DNA of 64,000 nt, from NCBI GenBank assembly GCA_964462115.1, contig CAYWWA010000002.1, positions 6,560 to 70,559 on the forward strand. The letters run 5' to 3'. The notes below the pieces were generated by a model that saw only the letters and a list, made by a program, of their open reading frames with translations, was not told the DNA's origin and did not search any database. Positions within the stretch are counted from its first letter, which is position 1; every line of letters begins with the position of its first letter. Origin of the DNA: an uncultured Candidatus Saccharibacteria bacterium (GTDB lineage Bacteria; Patescibacteriota; Minisyncoccia; Phycocordibacterales; CAIZIN01). This document shows positions 38,353 to 47,984 of the stretch, one piece after another. Position numbers and translations under genes: made by a program.

Positions 38353-38358
38353 TGTCTA

Positions 38359-38364
38359 ATTATA
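38359..38364 (-). promoter_or_regulatory. -10 TATAAT 6 nt upstream of the ftsW ATG
   Basis: Reverse complement gives TATATAATtagacaATG. Confidence 0.35.
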
Positions 38365-38406
38365 TAACAAATCAACACATTTACAATCAAAACGTGTAAA
38401 ATAATA

Positions 38407-39210
38407 CTATTTTGAAGTCTTTCTTAGTCTCTGTAGATATTTTTTAGTCACCTTAACCAAACCTTCATCTATAATCTCGGCTGGGATTGAAAAAAACAAA
38501 GTTATGAAAAATGTTAGTGTCTTACTTAGAAGAGAATTCACGCCCAAGCTGTTCCTAATTTTTTGCTTCCAAACTCGTGCTCTTCTGGCGACAGGTGATG
38601 ACCAATTAGAATTAAAATGATGAATAGTATAACTGCTCTCGTCTAACTCGATTTGTCCAGTTGCTACATTCTTAGCTGTAAAATATTTCCAATCTAAAAT
38701 CTCAAAAGTAAAATTGTTTTTTCGGTAAACTTGATACCAAATTTCTGGGGCAATTCTAGGGTAATATGTTTCTTGTTTTTCATACCAACTCATACAGTTT
38801 TTGACAAACTGGTTTTGTTTAGCAGCTCCGAAAACACCTGCTTCAATAGAATTTTTTTTAAAATTTTCAAAAGCAAAAACCTGATTATGATTTAACAAAT
38901 CATTAAAATTTTTTATCACCTCTACATCCATATCCAAATAAAAACCTCCATAATTATAGACCGCCCATAACCTAATATAATCAGCAACAAAAGCATATCG
39001 CTTCAACTCATAAGCCTGTTTAGTCCATGCGATTTTAGTTATATCAAAATTAGCTGTTGTCCAAAATATAAATTGATAATCTGATAATTTCGTTTTCCAC
39101 TCTTCAACAAATTTCTGATAATCATTCGGGATTTTATCACCAGATAACCAACAAAAATGAATTATTTTAGGAATCTCTCCAGGTTCTTTTTGTCTATCTT
39201 TGCCTGACAT
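38407..39210 (-). CDS. Glycosyltransferase (GT32-like, DXD sugar-binding region)
   Basis: IPKIIHFCWLSGDKIPNDYQKFVEEW...FWT pattern. Confidence 0.55.
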   Translation of the reverse strand: MSGKDRQKEPGEIPKIIHFCWLSGDKIPNDYQKFVEEWKTKLSDYQFIFWTTANFDITKIAWTKQAYELKRYAFVADYIRLWAVYNYGGFYLDMDVEVIKNFNDLLNHNQVFAFENFKKNSIEAGVFGAAKQNQFVKNCMSWYEKQETYYPRIAPEIWYQVYRKNNFTFEILDWKYFTAKNVATGQIELDESSYTIHHFNSNWSSPVARRARVWKQKIRNSLGVNSLLSKTLTFFITLFFSIPAEIIDEGLVKVTKKYLQRLRKTSK

Positions 39211-39213
39211 ATT

Positions 39214-40578
39214 TTAATTGTTGGCTGAAATTAGTTTATTCAAAGCAGTTTGAATTCTCTTCAAAGTTTCTACTTTGCCTAAGATACTAGCCACTAAAAA
39301 TGGCTCAGGGGACTTGTCTTTACCGGTTAATGACACTCTTAGCGGCCAAAGCACATTTCCCTTCCCTGCTGCCTCTACATAAGCCCACAATGCTTCTTTT
39401 ATACCTTCTGCCTCCCAAATACCATTAAAATTAGTTAAAATTTCTCTCACTTCAGTTAGCTTATCAGCCGTATTTTTTGCGTCTGGATCTTTTTTCCAAA
39501 ATAATAGTTCTGTTTGGTATTCCGGTTCAGTCAAGAAAAAACCCAACTCACCACTATCTCGCATGGCATCAATATCCGACCAGACCACAATCCTATCCAA
39601 AACAATTTGGTAGATTTTCTGGGCCAGCTCGTTTGAAATTTTCATTCGTTCCTCAATTTCTTTCAAAATAATTTCGGCTGGTAATTTTAGTAAATACTCG
39701 CGATTAAACCAGTTTAATTTTTCAATATTAAAAACTCCTCCCGATTTCGAGATACCCTTAATATCAAAAACCTCTTTTAATTCTGCTAAAGAATAAATTT
39801 CTTTTTCTCCACCTGGATTCCAACCAAGAAAAGCTAAGAAATTGATTAAAGCCTCACGAATATAGCCTTTATCTTGATATTCTTTTAAGGATGTTGCACC
39901 GTGTCGTTTCGACATTTTAGATCGATCGGTCGCTAAGACCATCGGCAAATGAGCGTAAATCGGTGTGGGAGCACCAATAGCTTCTTGAATTAGAACATGA
40001 CGCGGGGTGTTAGAAATGTGGTCATCACCTCGCATAACATGCGTAATCCCCATTTCAAAATCATCCACTACTACCGCCAAATGAAAAACTGGCTCGTCAA
40101 TACTTTTAGCAATCACAAAGTCACCTAAATCACTGGTATCCATTTTTATTTCACCGTGAATTAAGTCGGAGAACGAAACAACCTTCTGGGGATTTTTAAA
40201 ACGAATTACTTCACTTCTTAATTCATTCTTTTTGCCAGTCTTTTCGTCAATTTCTAGCTTAGGCTCCTCTTTAGAAATATAGGCCTTACCCTCATCTAAT
40301 AATTTTTGTAAATATTTTTTATAAATATCAGTCCGCTCACTTTGGCGATAGAATTCATCATATTTTACCCCAAGATAATCTAATCCCGCTATAATATTTT
40401 GTTCAAATTCTTTGGTGGAACGAATTCGGTCGGTGTCTTCAATTCGCAAGACTAACTTAGCTCCAATTTTGTGAGCATACAAAAAGTTAAATAAAGCAAG
40501 TCTAGCAGTGCCAATATGTAGGTTACCAGTCGGCGATGGTGCGATTCGTAATTTGGGTGTTTGATTTAAATCAGTCAT
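39214..40578 (-). CDS. gltX: Glutamyl-tRNA synthetase (likely non-discriminating, given gatB)
   Basis: RIAPSPTGNLHIGTARLALFN HIGH region, LRIEDTDRIRS, KMSKR; start taken at Met9 (TACAAT 6 nt upstream); ORF track extends to 40602. Confidence 0.85.
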   Translation of the reverse strand: MTDLNQTPKLRIAPSPTGNLHIGTARLALFNFLYAHKIGAKLVLRIEDTDRIRSTKEFEQNIIAGLDYLGVKYDEFYRQSERTDIYKKYLQKLLDEGKAYISKEEPKLEIDEKTGKKNELRSEVIRFKNPQKVVSFSDLIHGEIKMDTSDLGDFVIAKSIDEPVFHLAVVVDDFEMGITHVMRGDDHISNTPRHVLIQEAIGAPTPIYAHLPMVLATDRSKMSKRHGATSLKEYQDKGYIREALINFLAFLGWNPGGEKEIYSLAELKEVFDIKGISKSGGVFNIEKLNWFNREYLLKLPAEIILKEIEERMKISNELAQKIYQIVLDRIVVWSDIDAMRDSGELGFFLTEPEYQTELLFWKKDPDAKNTADKLTEVREILTNFNGIWEAEGIKEALWAYVEAAGKGNVLWPLRVSLTGKDKSPEPFLVASILGKVETLKRIQTALNKLISANN

Positions 40579-40599
40579 AGTTACATTGTAAAAAAAAAT

Positions 40600-40638
40600 C
40601 AAAAAAAAAACAATGCCCGTTCGGACATTATTTTTTTA
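40600..40638. terminator. Hairpin flanked by A- and T-runs (bidirectional terminator after secY)
   Basis: aatgcccg ttcg gacatt flanked by A10 and T8. Confidence 0.45.
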
Positions 40639-40652
40639 TCTACGTTTTCGAA

Positions 40653-41918
40653 TTAGTATTCTCGCATAGTTAACTGAGCCTCGGTCTTTTTCACTAAATC
40701 TGACACTACCGAAACCACAATCAATAAACCGGTTCCGCCGATTACCAAGGAAGAGACACCTGACCAAGCTTTAACTAAGAGTGGTAGAATAGCAATTATA
40801 CCCAAGAATAAAGCTCCCACCAAAGTAATTCGTACAATTACATTGCCCACGTATTCAGCGGTGGGTGCGCCTGGACGAACTCCAGGGACGAAGGCTCCGT
40901 TCTTTTGGAGATTGCTGGCCATTTGGTCAGGATCAAAAGTCATGGCGGTATAGAAATAAGTGAACAAGACTACCAAAACAAAATAGGTAATACCATAAGC
41001 CCACTGATCATTCATAAACCAATTAATTTTTTCCGCTATCAAGGTAACAGTTTCCGAAGTGGATGAAGCTAAAAATTGAGCAATCATCTGAGGAAAAGCT
41101 AAAATTGACATCGCAAAAATAATTGGAATAACTCCCGCTTGATTAATCCGTAACGGAATATAAGTTGAAACTCCACCAGTGGTAGATTGACCTCTAACCT
41201 GTTTAGCATAGGTCACAGGAATTGGCCTTTCCCCTTCGGTGACGAAGACCACTCCCGCGATTACCAATAGAGCCATAACCGCGAAGACTACCATCATTGG
41301 GATATTAGAAGTGTCGATGGTGGTGAGGGCTTGAGGTAAGCGAGATACAATACCAGCAAAGATAATTAAGGATACACCGTTACCAATACCGAACTCACTA
41401 ATCAATTCTCCAATCCACATCAATAAAACTGAACCAGCAGAAATTACTATCACGTTAAGCGCGAAAGCAAAAGCGGTTAAATCAGCTGGAAAAACCCCTT
41501 GGTTCTTCAATAAGAAAAGATAACCAACCGCCTGAATTAAGGCTAAGGGAATTGATAATAACCTAGTCCACTGTGAAAACTTCTTACGTCCGATCTCCCC
41601 TTCTTCGTTAGTCATAGCTTTTAGCGCCGGTACCATCATGGTTAAGAGTTGCAAGATAATAGAAGCGGTAATATATGGTCCTACACCCAACATCATAATT
41701 GACACGGCCGAAAGACCACCTCCCGAAATCATATCCACAATACCAAAAATCTGATTACTGCCGATAAAATTAGACAAAGCAAGCTTGTCTACATCTGGTA
41801 CTGGAATATTGGCCAAAAGTCGATAAACGAATAAAGCCCCTAATACAAATAGAAAACGATTTCTCATCTTTCTATCAGCCCAAATCAGTCCAAGTTTACG
41901 AAAAAAAGTTTCAATCAT
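40653..41918 (-). CDS. secY: Preprotein translocase SecY
   Basis: 10-TM SecY sequence in canonical position after L15. Confidence 0.9.
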   Translation of the reverse strand: MIETFFRKLGLIWADRKMRNRFLFVLGALFVYRLLANIPVPDVDKLALSNFIGSNQIFGIVDMISGGGLSAVSIMMLGVGPYITASIILQLLTMMVPALKAMTNEEGEIGRKKFSQWTRLLSIPLALIQAVGYLFLLKNQGVFPADLTAFAFALNVIVISAGSVLLMWIGELISEFGIGNGVSLIIFAGIVSRLPQALTTIDTSNIPMMVVFAVMALLVIAGVVFVTEGERPIPVTYAKQVRGQSTTGGVSTYIPLRINQAGVIPIIFAMSILAFPQMIAQFLASSTSETVTLIAEKINWFMNDQWAYGITYFVLVVLFTYFYTAMTFDPDQMASNLQKNGAFVPGVRPGAPTAEYVGNVIVRITLVGALFLGIIAILPLLVKAWSGVSSLVIGGTGLLIVVSVVSDLVKKTEAQLTMREY

Positions 41919-41922
41919 AATT

Positions 41923-42375
41923 TTATTCAGTTACTGTGCCGCCAGCTTTTTCAATCACTGCTTTAGCAGAACTGGTCACGGCTAACCCATTAAAACTAAG
42001 TTTTTTAGTTAATTCGCCACCACCCAAGACTTTAACCTTAGGTAGTTTACCTTTTCTTAATTCCACCAACCCTTTTTCTTTTAGAGTTTTAATTGAAACC
42101 TTGTCGCCATTGTCAAAACTATTTTCAACAACTGTCAATCTAATTTCAACCGGATATTCACTTTTAATTGTTTTGTTAGAATTTTTACCTCGTCCACGCA
42201 TCTTAGGTAATCGTTTGATCACATCACGAAACTCTGGACGAATTTTGCGACCCGAACGAGCATTTTGTCCTTTGGTACCACGACCAGCAGTTTTACCCTT
42301 ACCAGATGATTGGCCGCGGCCAAGCTGTTTGGAGGTAATACGTTTGGTTTTAGATTTTAGATTATGAGTTTGCAT
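41923..42375 (-). CDS. rplO: 50S ribosomal protein L15
   Basis: GRGQSSGKGKTAGRGTKGQ Gly/Lys-rich N-terminus. Confidence 0.85.
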   Translation of the reverse strand: MQTHNLKSKTKRITSKQLGRGQSSGKGKTAGRGTKGQNARSGRKIRPEFRDVIKRLPKMRGRGKNSNKTIKSEYPVEIRLTVVENSFDNGDKVSIKTLKEKGLVELRKGKLPKVKVLGGGELTKKLSFNGLAVTSSAKAVIEKAGGTVTE

Positions 42376-43085
42376 TATTTTTCAGTAGTTAGTTTTACTG
42401 TTTTTTCTGCGACCTTTGATTTTTCGTCTTTTGAAACAGACTCCGATCGAACTGGTTTAACTGGCAGATCTTCTTTTTTAGGATTTTTCAATAGAGACAG
42501 AGCCTTGACAGTGGCTTGGGCAATATTAAGTTTGTTCTTTGATTTAGATAACACCTTAGCGTTCACATCCCGCACTCCAGCAAGTTGCAAAACGTCAGCT
42601 ACAGCTGAACCAGCAATAATCCCTCGTCCGGGAGCTGGTTTGATCATTACTCTGGCTGAAGAATATTTACAACTAACTTCATGTGGAATAGTAAAACCTT
42701 TAATGGTTTTAACTTGAATCAAATTCTTTTTGGCATCACGTACCGCTTTATCAATAGCTAAAGTAGTATCAGATGCTTTACCAGTTCCTACTCCGACCTT
42801 ACCTCGTCGGTTACCAACTACGATAGCGACCGAGAAATTGAATCGGCGACCACCAGCTGAAACTCGAGTTACTCGGCGGATGTTTAAGGTTTTCTGATCA
42901 AATTCTGATTTAACTTTTTCTGGACGTCGCCCATTGCGACCGCCCTTTCGTCTGAAATCTCGTCTTGGTCGTTCTTGAGCAGCAGTGGTAGAAGTTTCCT
43001 GCTTGCTGACAGATGCCTTGGAGAAGTTATCAAATTTAACTTCTTTCTTTTCTGCTACGGGAGCATTTTGTGTATTTTCTGTCAT
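42375..43085 (-). CDS. rpsE: 30S ribosomal protein S5 with N- and C-terminal extensions (236 aa)
   Basis: RRVTRVSAGGRRFNFSVAIVVGNRRGKVGVGTGKA core; no L30 gene between S5 and L15. Confidence 0.85.
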   Translation of the reverse strand: MTENTQNAPVAEKKEVKFDNFSKASVSKQETSTTAAQERPRRDFRRKGGRNGRRPEKVKSEFDQKTLNIRRVTRVSAGGRRFNFSVAIVVGNRRGKVGVGTGKASDTTLAIDKAVRDAKKNLIQVKTIKGFTIPHEVSCKYSSARVMIKPAPGRGIIAGSAVADVLQLAGVRDVNAKVLSKSKNKLNIAQATVKALSLLKNPKKEDLPVKPVRSESVSKDEKSKVAEKTVKLTTEK

Positions 43086-43089
43086 TGAT

Positions 43090-43434
43090 TTAGAAAGTTA
43101 ATCCACCCTCACGAGCGGCATCAGCTAATAATTGGATTTTTCCAGCATAATTAAAACCACCTCGATCAAAAACGATCTTGGTAATTTTTAATGTCTTGGC
43201 TTTAGTAGCAATTTCTTTTCCAACTTCTTGAGCAGCTGCACCCATTTTAGATTTGCTTTTCAAAGAAGTAGCAGTTGCTAAAGTTTTGCCAGCTACATCG
43301 TCAACCAATTGAGCATAAATATACTTATTAGATTTGAATATAGCCAAACGAGGTGTTTCAGCAGTGCCAGAAATCTTAGCTCGAATACGATTGTGTCGAG
43401 TTTGTCGTTTAATTACTTTTTTATTTGTTGTCAT
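43090..43434 (-). CDS. rplR: 50S ribosomal protein L18
   Basis: [18 protein letters not shown]...[23 protein letters not shown]. Confidence 0.85.
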   Translation of the reverse strand: MTTNKKVIKRQTRHNRIRAKISGTAETPRLAIFKSNKYIYAQLVDDVAGKTLATATSLKSKSKMGAAAQEVGKEIATKAKTLKITKIVFDRGGFNYAGKIQLLADAAREGGLTF

Positions 43435-43447
43435 ATTTTATATTTGA

Positions 43448-43981
43448 TTACACTGTTTTCTTACCTTGTTTGCGACGAATGTATTCACCAACATAATGAA
43501 TACCTTTGCCTTTGTATGGTTCAGGTTTCTTTAAGTCGCGAATTTTCGCTGCAAATGATCCGACCTTTTCTTTATCAATTCCAGAAATTTTCATTTTTAA
43601 TTTATCAATCTCCACTTTAAGATCTTTAGGAATTTCCACCTCTACAGGATGAGAAAAGCCAAGCGCAAGAACAATTTTTGTTCCTTTAACATCCCATTTG
43701 AATCCCACACCTTCAACTTCTAATTCTTTCTCAAAGCCCTTGGTCACACCAATAATCATGTTGCGAGCGTGGGCAGGATAAGTACCTAAAAGTTTTGCTG
43801 TTGTTCCTTCAGCATCGGTTGGAGTAAAAATCATTTCACTAGCTGTGATCTCTACTTTAATCACCGGATTAACAGTGATTGATAGCGAGCCTTTTGGACC
43901 CTTGATGGTTAAGATATTATTTTCCAATTTGGCTTCCACGCCAGCAGGAATTTTTGTAGGTTTTTTTGCTAATCGTGACAT
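43448..43981 (-). CDS. rplF: 50S ribosomal protein L6
   Basis: MSRLAKKPTKIPAGVEAKLENNILTIKGPKGSL; the ORF-track N-terminal extension would overlap S8. Confidence 0.85.
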   Translation of the reverse strand: MSRLAKKPTKIPAGVEAKLENNILTIKGPKGSLSITVNPVIKVEITASEMIFTPTDAEGTTAKLLGTYPAHARNMIIGVTKGFEKELEVEGVGFKWDVKGTKIVLALGFSHPVEVEIPKDLKVEIDKLKMKISGIDKEKVGSFAAKIRDLKKPEPYKGKGIHYVGEYIRRKQGKKTV

Positions 43982-43985
43982 ATTT

Positions 43986-44384
43986 TTACCAAATGTTAAA
44001 TAATACTTCTCCACCGACCTTTTGATTTTTTGCATCAGTACCGGTTAAGATACCTTTGGGAGTTGTAAGAACTAATAAACCATAACCATTTTTTACTGGA
44101 ACAATCTCAGCGGCTTTGGTATAAACTCGTCTAGAATTTTTAGAAAGTCGTTTGACGTTAGTAATTTTTGGTTCTTTATTTTCACCATAAAGTAATTCTA
44201 CTTCAATGGATTTTAATCCACCCTTACGAGCAGATTCTTTTACTTTTCCGACATAACCTTCTTTGGAAAGAAGATCTAAAATGTCGCGTTTCATCTTAGA
44301 AAAAGTTACTGTCGCAGAACTTAAACCAACTGCGTTAGAGTTTTTAAGATGAATAATAAGATTTGAAATTGGATCGTTTACCAT
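43986..44384 (-). CDS. rpsH: 30S ribosomal protein S8
   Basis: [20 protein letters not shown]. Confidence 0.85.
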   Translation of the reverse strand: MVNDPISNLIIHLKNSNAVGLSSATVTFSKMKRDILDLLSKEGYVGKVKESARKGGLKSIEVELLYGENKEPKITNVKRLSKNSRRVYTKAAEIVPVKNGYGLLVLTTPKGILTGTDAKNQKVGGEVLFNIW

Positions 44385-44563
44385 GATGATTTTTTGATGC
44401 CCGGAAGCAAACCTTCGTTAGCTGCTTCACGGAAACACACACGGCACAAACCGAAGTCCCGCATAAATCCTCGTTTGCGACCACAACGAGAACATCTTCG
44501 CACTAAACGTGACGAAAATTTCGGCTTTCGGCTTGCACGAACCTTAACTGATGTTTTTGCCAT
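44378..44563 (-). CDS. rpsN: 30S ribosomal protein S14, Zn-ribbon type (61 aa)
   Basis: [23 protein letters not shown] is the CxxC...CxxC S14-Z signature. Confidence 0.85.
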   Translation of the reverse strand: MAKTSVKVRASRKPKFSSRLVRRCSRCGRKRGFMRDFGLCRVCFREAANEGLLPGIKKSSW

Positions 44564-44709
44564 TAGTTTTTAGATTGTGTTTGACAGTCTCCTGTCATTA
44601 ACTTAATAATAAACCCAATTTTTGGGTCTTAACAATTTAACATAATTTAATAAAAAAATCAAGGAAAAATTTGTTTTTTTAGAGTTTTTATGCTATATTT
44701 TATCGCGCC

Positions 44710-44786
44710 GTCGGCATAGCTCAGTTAGTTAGAGCGCGGGACTCATAAGCCCGAGGTCAGTAGTGCAATTCTACTTGCCGACACCA
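44710..44786 (+). tRNA. Elongator tRNA with CAT anticodon (Met, or Ile2 after lysidine modification); atypical D/T loops; CCA encoded
   Basis: Acceptor GTCGGCA/TGCCGAC, C11:G24, anticodon loop CTCATAA, discriminator A plus CCA; D-loop lacks GG, T-loop is TGCAATT; preceded by TGCTATATT 8 nt upstream. Confidence 0.6.
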
Positions 44787-44837
44787 GAAAAAAAGAAGCA
44801 CACACGGTTTTAAAACCATGAGTGCTCTTTGGGGCTA

Positions 44838-44945
44838 CTAGCGCCCTTGTCCGCGGTTCTGCGACCGCTTCTCATAGCCCTTCGGCTTTTTGCCAAAAGG
44901 CCGGCGGTCACGTCGCCGCTGGCGGCTCTTGCCTGTTTTTGCCAT
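44838..44945 (-). CDS. 35-aa Arg/Lys-rich peptide (MAKTGKSRQRRRDRRPFGKKPKGYEKRSQNRGQGR); possible ribosome-associated micro-protein
   Basis: Strong SD GGGAGGTGA 8 nt upstream of the ATG; consensus promoter just upstream; GC-rich; the 67-aa ORF-track frame includes promoter sequence. Confidence 0.5.
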   Translation of the reverse strand: MAKTGKSRQRRRDRRPFGKKPKGYEKRSQNRGQGR

Positions 44946-44972
44946 TTTACTTTTCACCTCCCTTCTCTTAGT

Positions 44973-45001
44973 ATTATAGCATATTTGAGTTTTTTTGTCA
45001 A
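44973..45001 (-). promoter_or_regulatory. Consensus sigma70 promoter TTGACA-N17-TGcTATAAT on minus strand driving the 35-aa peptide gene
   Basis: Reverse complement gives gCTTGACAaaaaaactcaaataTGCTATAATactaagagaagGGAGGtgaaaagtaaaATG. Confidence 0.55.
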
Positions 45002-45041
45002 GCATTAAGTCCAAAAAGTGAGTATTTACCTTAAAAAACAA

Positions 45042-47910
45042 CTACCTGTCTCCACAATAAGCACTATAAAATTCTTCAGCTTTATCTACTCCATCAACAT
45101 AAATTTCCGTTGGCTCCTTACGAAAACCAATGGTGTTAATATTTAAATTATTGATATAAACTGTCCATAAATTATTCAGGGACAGACTGGTTTTATCACA
45201 ATAAAATTTAAGCTTGGATGATTCGCTTAAACAGTCTTGAAATTTACTATCTGTAATATTACTCCAAAGAGTTGAAGCTTGGTAGCTAGCAATTAAATCA
45301 GCTGGCACACAAATTTTTAAGACGTTAGCATCAGTTAGGTTAATAGAGTTATAAGTGGAAGAATAAGGTGTGAGAATGGTTGGACTGTGAAGGTAAGCAG
45401 TAACTTTAGGCGAAGCGGAAGCACCAGCTAATCCAAAAACATTATACATTTTTGCATTTAACATCAACTGAGAACCAGACCAACCCATAAACCAGTCTAT
45501 CTCATTTAATCGACTATTACCATAGTGGAGATAGTGCATAAAATAAGTTCCGATAGAACTTGGTGACCAATCTTTAAGGGGGGTTAAATCTATTGACCGT
45601 TTTAAATAGGTATTATAATTATGAGTATAAGCGAGAAAATAAGTTCCAATACTGCTTGGGCGCCAGTTTTTTAACGGGCTTAAATCTATTACTTCACAAA
45701 CATTGTCTCCAGGATTAGTATAACAGTTATAGCTGTGGGTATAAGCTAAAAAAGAATTAGGTATGCTAGGTATATTCCAATCAGATATTGGTGACAAATC
45801 AATCGGCTTGGTTAGATATGTATTATAATAATGCGTGTAAGCTAAAAAATAAGTAGAAATGCTTGTTGGATTCCAATCATTCATAAAAGATAAATCTAAT
45901 GGTTCAGTCGCTCCGCTATAACCAAAAGTGTAATAGAAAAAATAGCTACTGCCAATATTTGACGGTCTCCAACCTGATAAAACCTGATAACTAGGAACGG
46001 TAAACGATGACGAATTTCCAGCGTAATAAAAAGTGTAATTATTAAAATAATAACCTATGGTGGTAATTCCAGAGATATCACCACCAGCCACTAAGTTAGC
46101 TTCGGTTAAATATCGACAACCGTAAAATAGATGAGACATAAAATAATTTCCAGTGCTGACTCCACTCACAGGTAAAAAACCATAAACCGGTAATTGTTCT
46201 ACTGAAATAACTTTATTTTTATTAGCCTGTAGGTTGGATAAAGTAATTGCCGAGTGAAAACCAAAAGCCGATAGCCAACCGCGAGACGGAGAGGCTGTAG
46301 TTGGATAAATTATTATTGTATGCTGTCCAGTGGATAAACCTGTCAGGTTTATTCCGGTATTAGCCGCTCCAGTTCCAGTATAACGGGCCGCTCCCCCACC
46401 ATCAATTTGGACTAGCCAATCATAGGCGCCACCCAATACCCCTCCGTTATAACCACCGGTTGGGATTGAGAAAGTGCCGTCGGTGGTGCTGACGGTGAAC
46501 TTTAGAGCAAATGGTTCCAACTGTATTAAATCCGCAGCAGAAAAATAATAAACCCTAAAAGTGCCAGTTTGAATAGCGGTATTGCCGATTATATCTTCTA
46601 CCGTCAAAGAATAATTATAGACCACACCATTGTTATCTCCATCGGTGGCACCCAGTAAATTAGTAATATAAATACTATCATTTGGATTAGCCGTAACATT
46701 ATAATTTAACGAAGAGGTTCCATAAGCAAAAGTCATTGTAGCCATCAAGGCACTGGTCTCAACCCGCAAAGACGCTGGTAAACTTTCCTCAAATGAGACT
46801 GAAGTAATTTTAATAGGAGGAATATAGTTTTCATAATATCCATCCCAATATAAGTAAGGATAACCAGCATTATTATTTTCTCCCGCGCAATCTATTTTCC
46901 AAATAGTATTAGCCGAATCAGCGGTGCAAGAAATATCCCAACTTGAAAAAGTTTGTGATGTCTTCATTTGCGCAGTGGTCTTCGGTTGAGTATTACCAGT
47001 AGTGTTAGTATAGCCAGAAAGATTTTGATCATAAAAAGTATTAGTGGTAGTAAACCCCCCATAAGCCTCACCAGTAAAACCACCACAAAGGCCGCCAGCA
47101 CAGGTTACCTGACCAGCAGAATAACAATTAGTGCAAGAACCACCGGTGGAACCCTGTCCAAAACCAGAAGTCCGTCCGTCGAAAGCATAATCCTCAAAAA
47201 CTGAAGAACGAGAATAGGAGTTTGATACTGGCGCATTAATTAATCCAGTAAAACCGCCGTTTTGGCCCCGACGGGCGATTACCTCGTTAAAACTAAACGA
47301 TTCAGAAACAGTATTACTGTTGTAAGCAGTGTGAGCAATTAGACCGGCTACTTGGTTTCCTTCATTGTTGCTGCTGTCTCTATTGCCGGTGATCGTTCCA
47401 CCATTACATCCCACCCTGGTCACTGTAGAATTATTTAACTGCCCCACCAAGCAAGCCACATAACCTATACCAGTGCTATTTGTGTTATACAGTCTTAAAT
47501 TTGAGATGGTGGCACCATTAGTTACACCAAAAAGCGCCTGAAAACCAGAGGTGGCTTGTGTGCCAGTTGGTCTATATAGTGTCAAATTATAAATATTAAA
47601 ATAGTTTCCATTTAGTTGACCAGAAAAAGCTGTAGTGACATTTCCAATCGGCACAAAGCCGGCTCCACTGTTCCAATTTACCGTATCAGAACAATCAACA
47701 TCTTGGGTTAAAATATAATTTAAACCCAAACCTGTAGTATTGATATTTTGTAACTGGGAACAGGTGGAAATTTCATACCAACCATCACTGTTCGAATCTG
47801 TAGGCAAATCCCCAGAATCGTAAGCTGCCAAAATCAAATTGCTTGATAGCAGAAACAAAAAAACCAAAGCGAAAAGGAATTTAATTGGTTTTAGCTTGCC
47901 ACCCATAATC
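45042..47910 (-). CDS. Large secreted/surface protein (~956 aa): GLUG-like beta-helix N-region, C-terminal DUF285/BspA-like repeats
   Basis: Signal peptide; FSGQLNGNYFNIYNLTLYR resembles the F.G.fdGnGhtI.NL beta-helix start motif; C-terminal ~32-aa repeats IDLSPLKNWRPSSIGTYFLAYTHNYNTYL; start taken after the minus-strand TGCTATAAT at 47928-47936. Confidence 0.55.
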
Positions 47911-47927
47911 ATAAAACTATGCATGTT

Positions 47928-47936
47928 ATTATAGCA
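47928..47936 (-). promoter_or_regulatory. Extended -10 TGCTATAAT upstream of the surface-protein gene
   Basis: Reverse complement of attatagca. Confidence 0.4.
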
Positions 47937-47984
47937 TTATTTTATGAGGAAAAAACAAAATTTGTTGAAATCAATGATAAAAAT

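Noticed and set aside
41936-42717. 143-aa and 117-aa plus-strand ORFs
   Set aside because: They are antisense to rplO and rpsE. The ribosomal genes have clear homology and the antisense frames have none.
44838-45041. Full 67-aa ORF-track frame (MFFKVNTHFLDLM...)
   Set aside because: The upstream 32 codons are the promoter/SD region itself (TTGACA-N17-TATAAT, GGGAGG). Only the 35-aa portion from MAKTGK is plausible coding.
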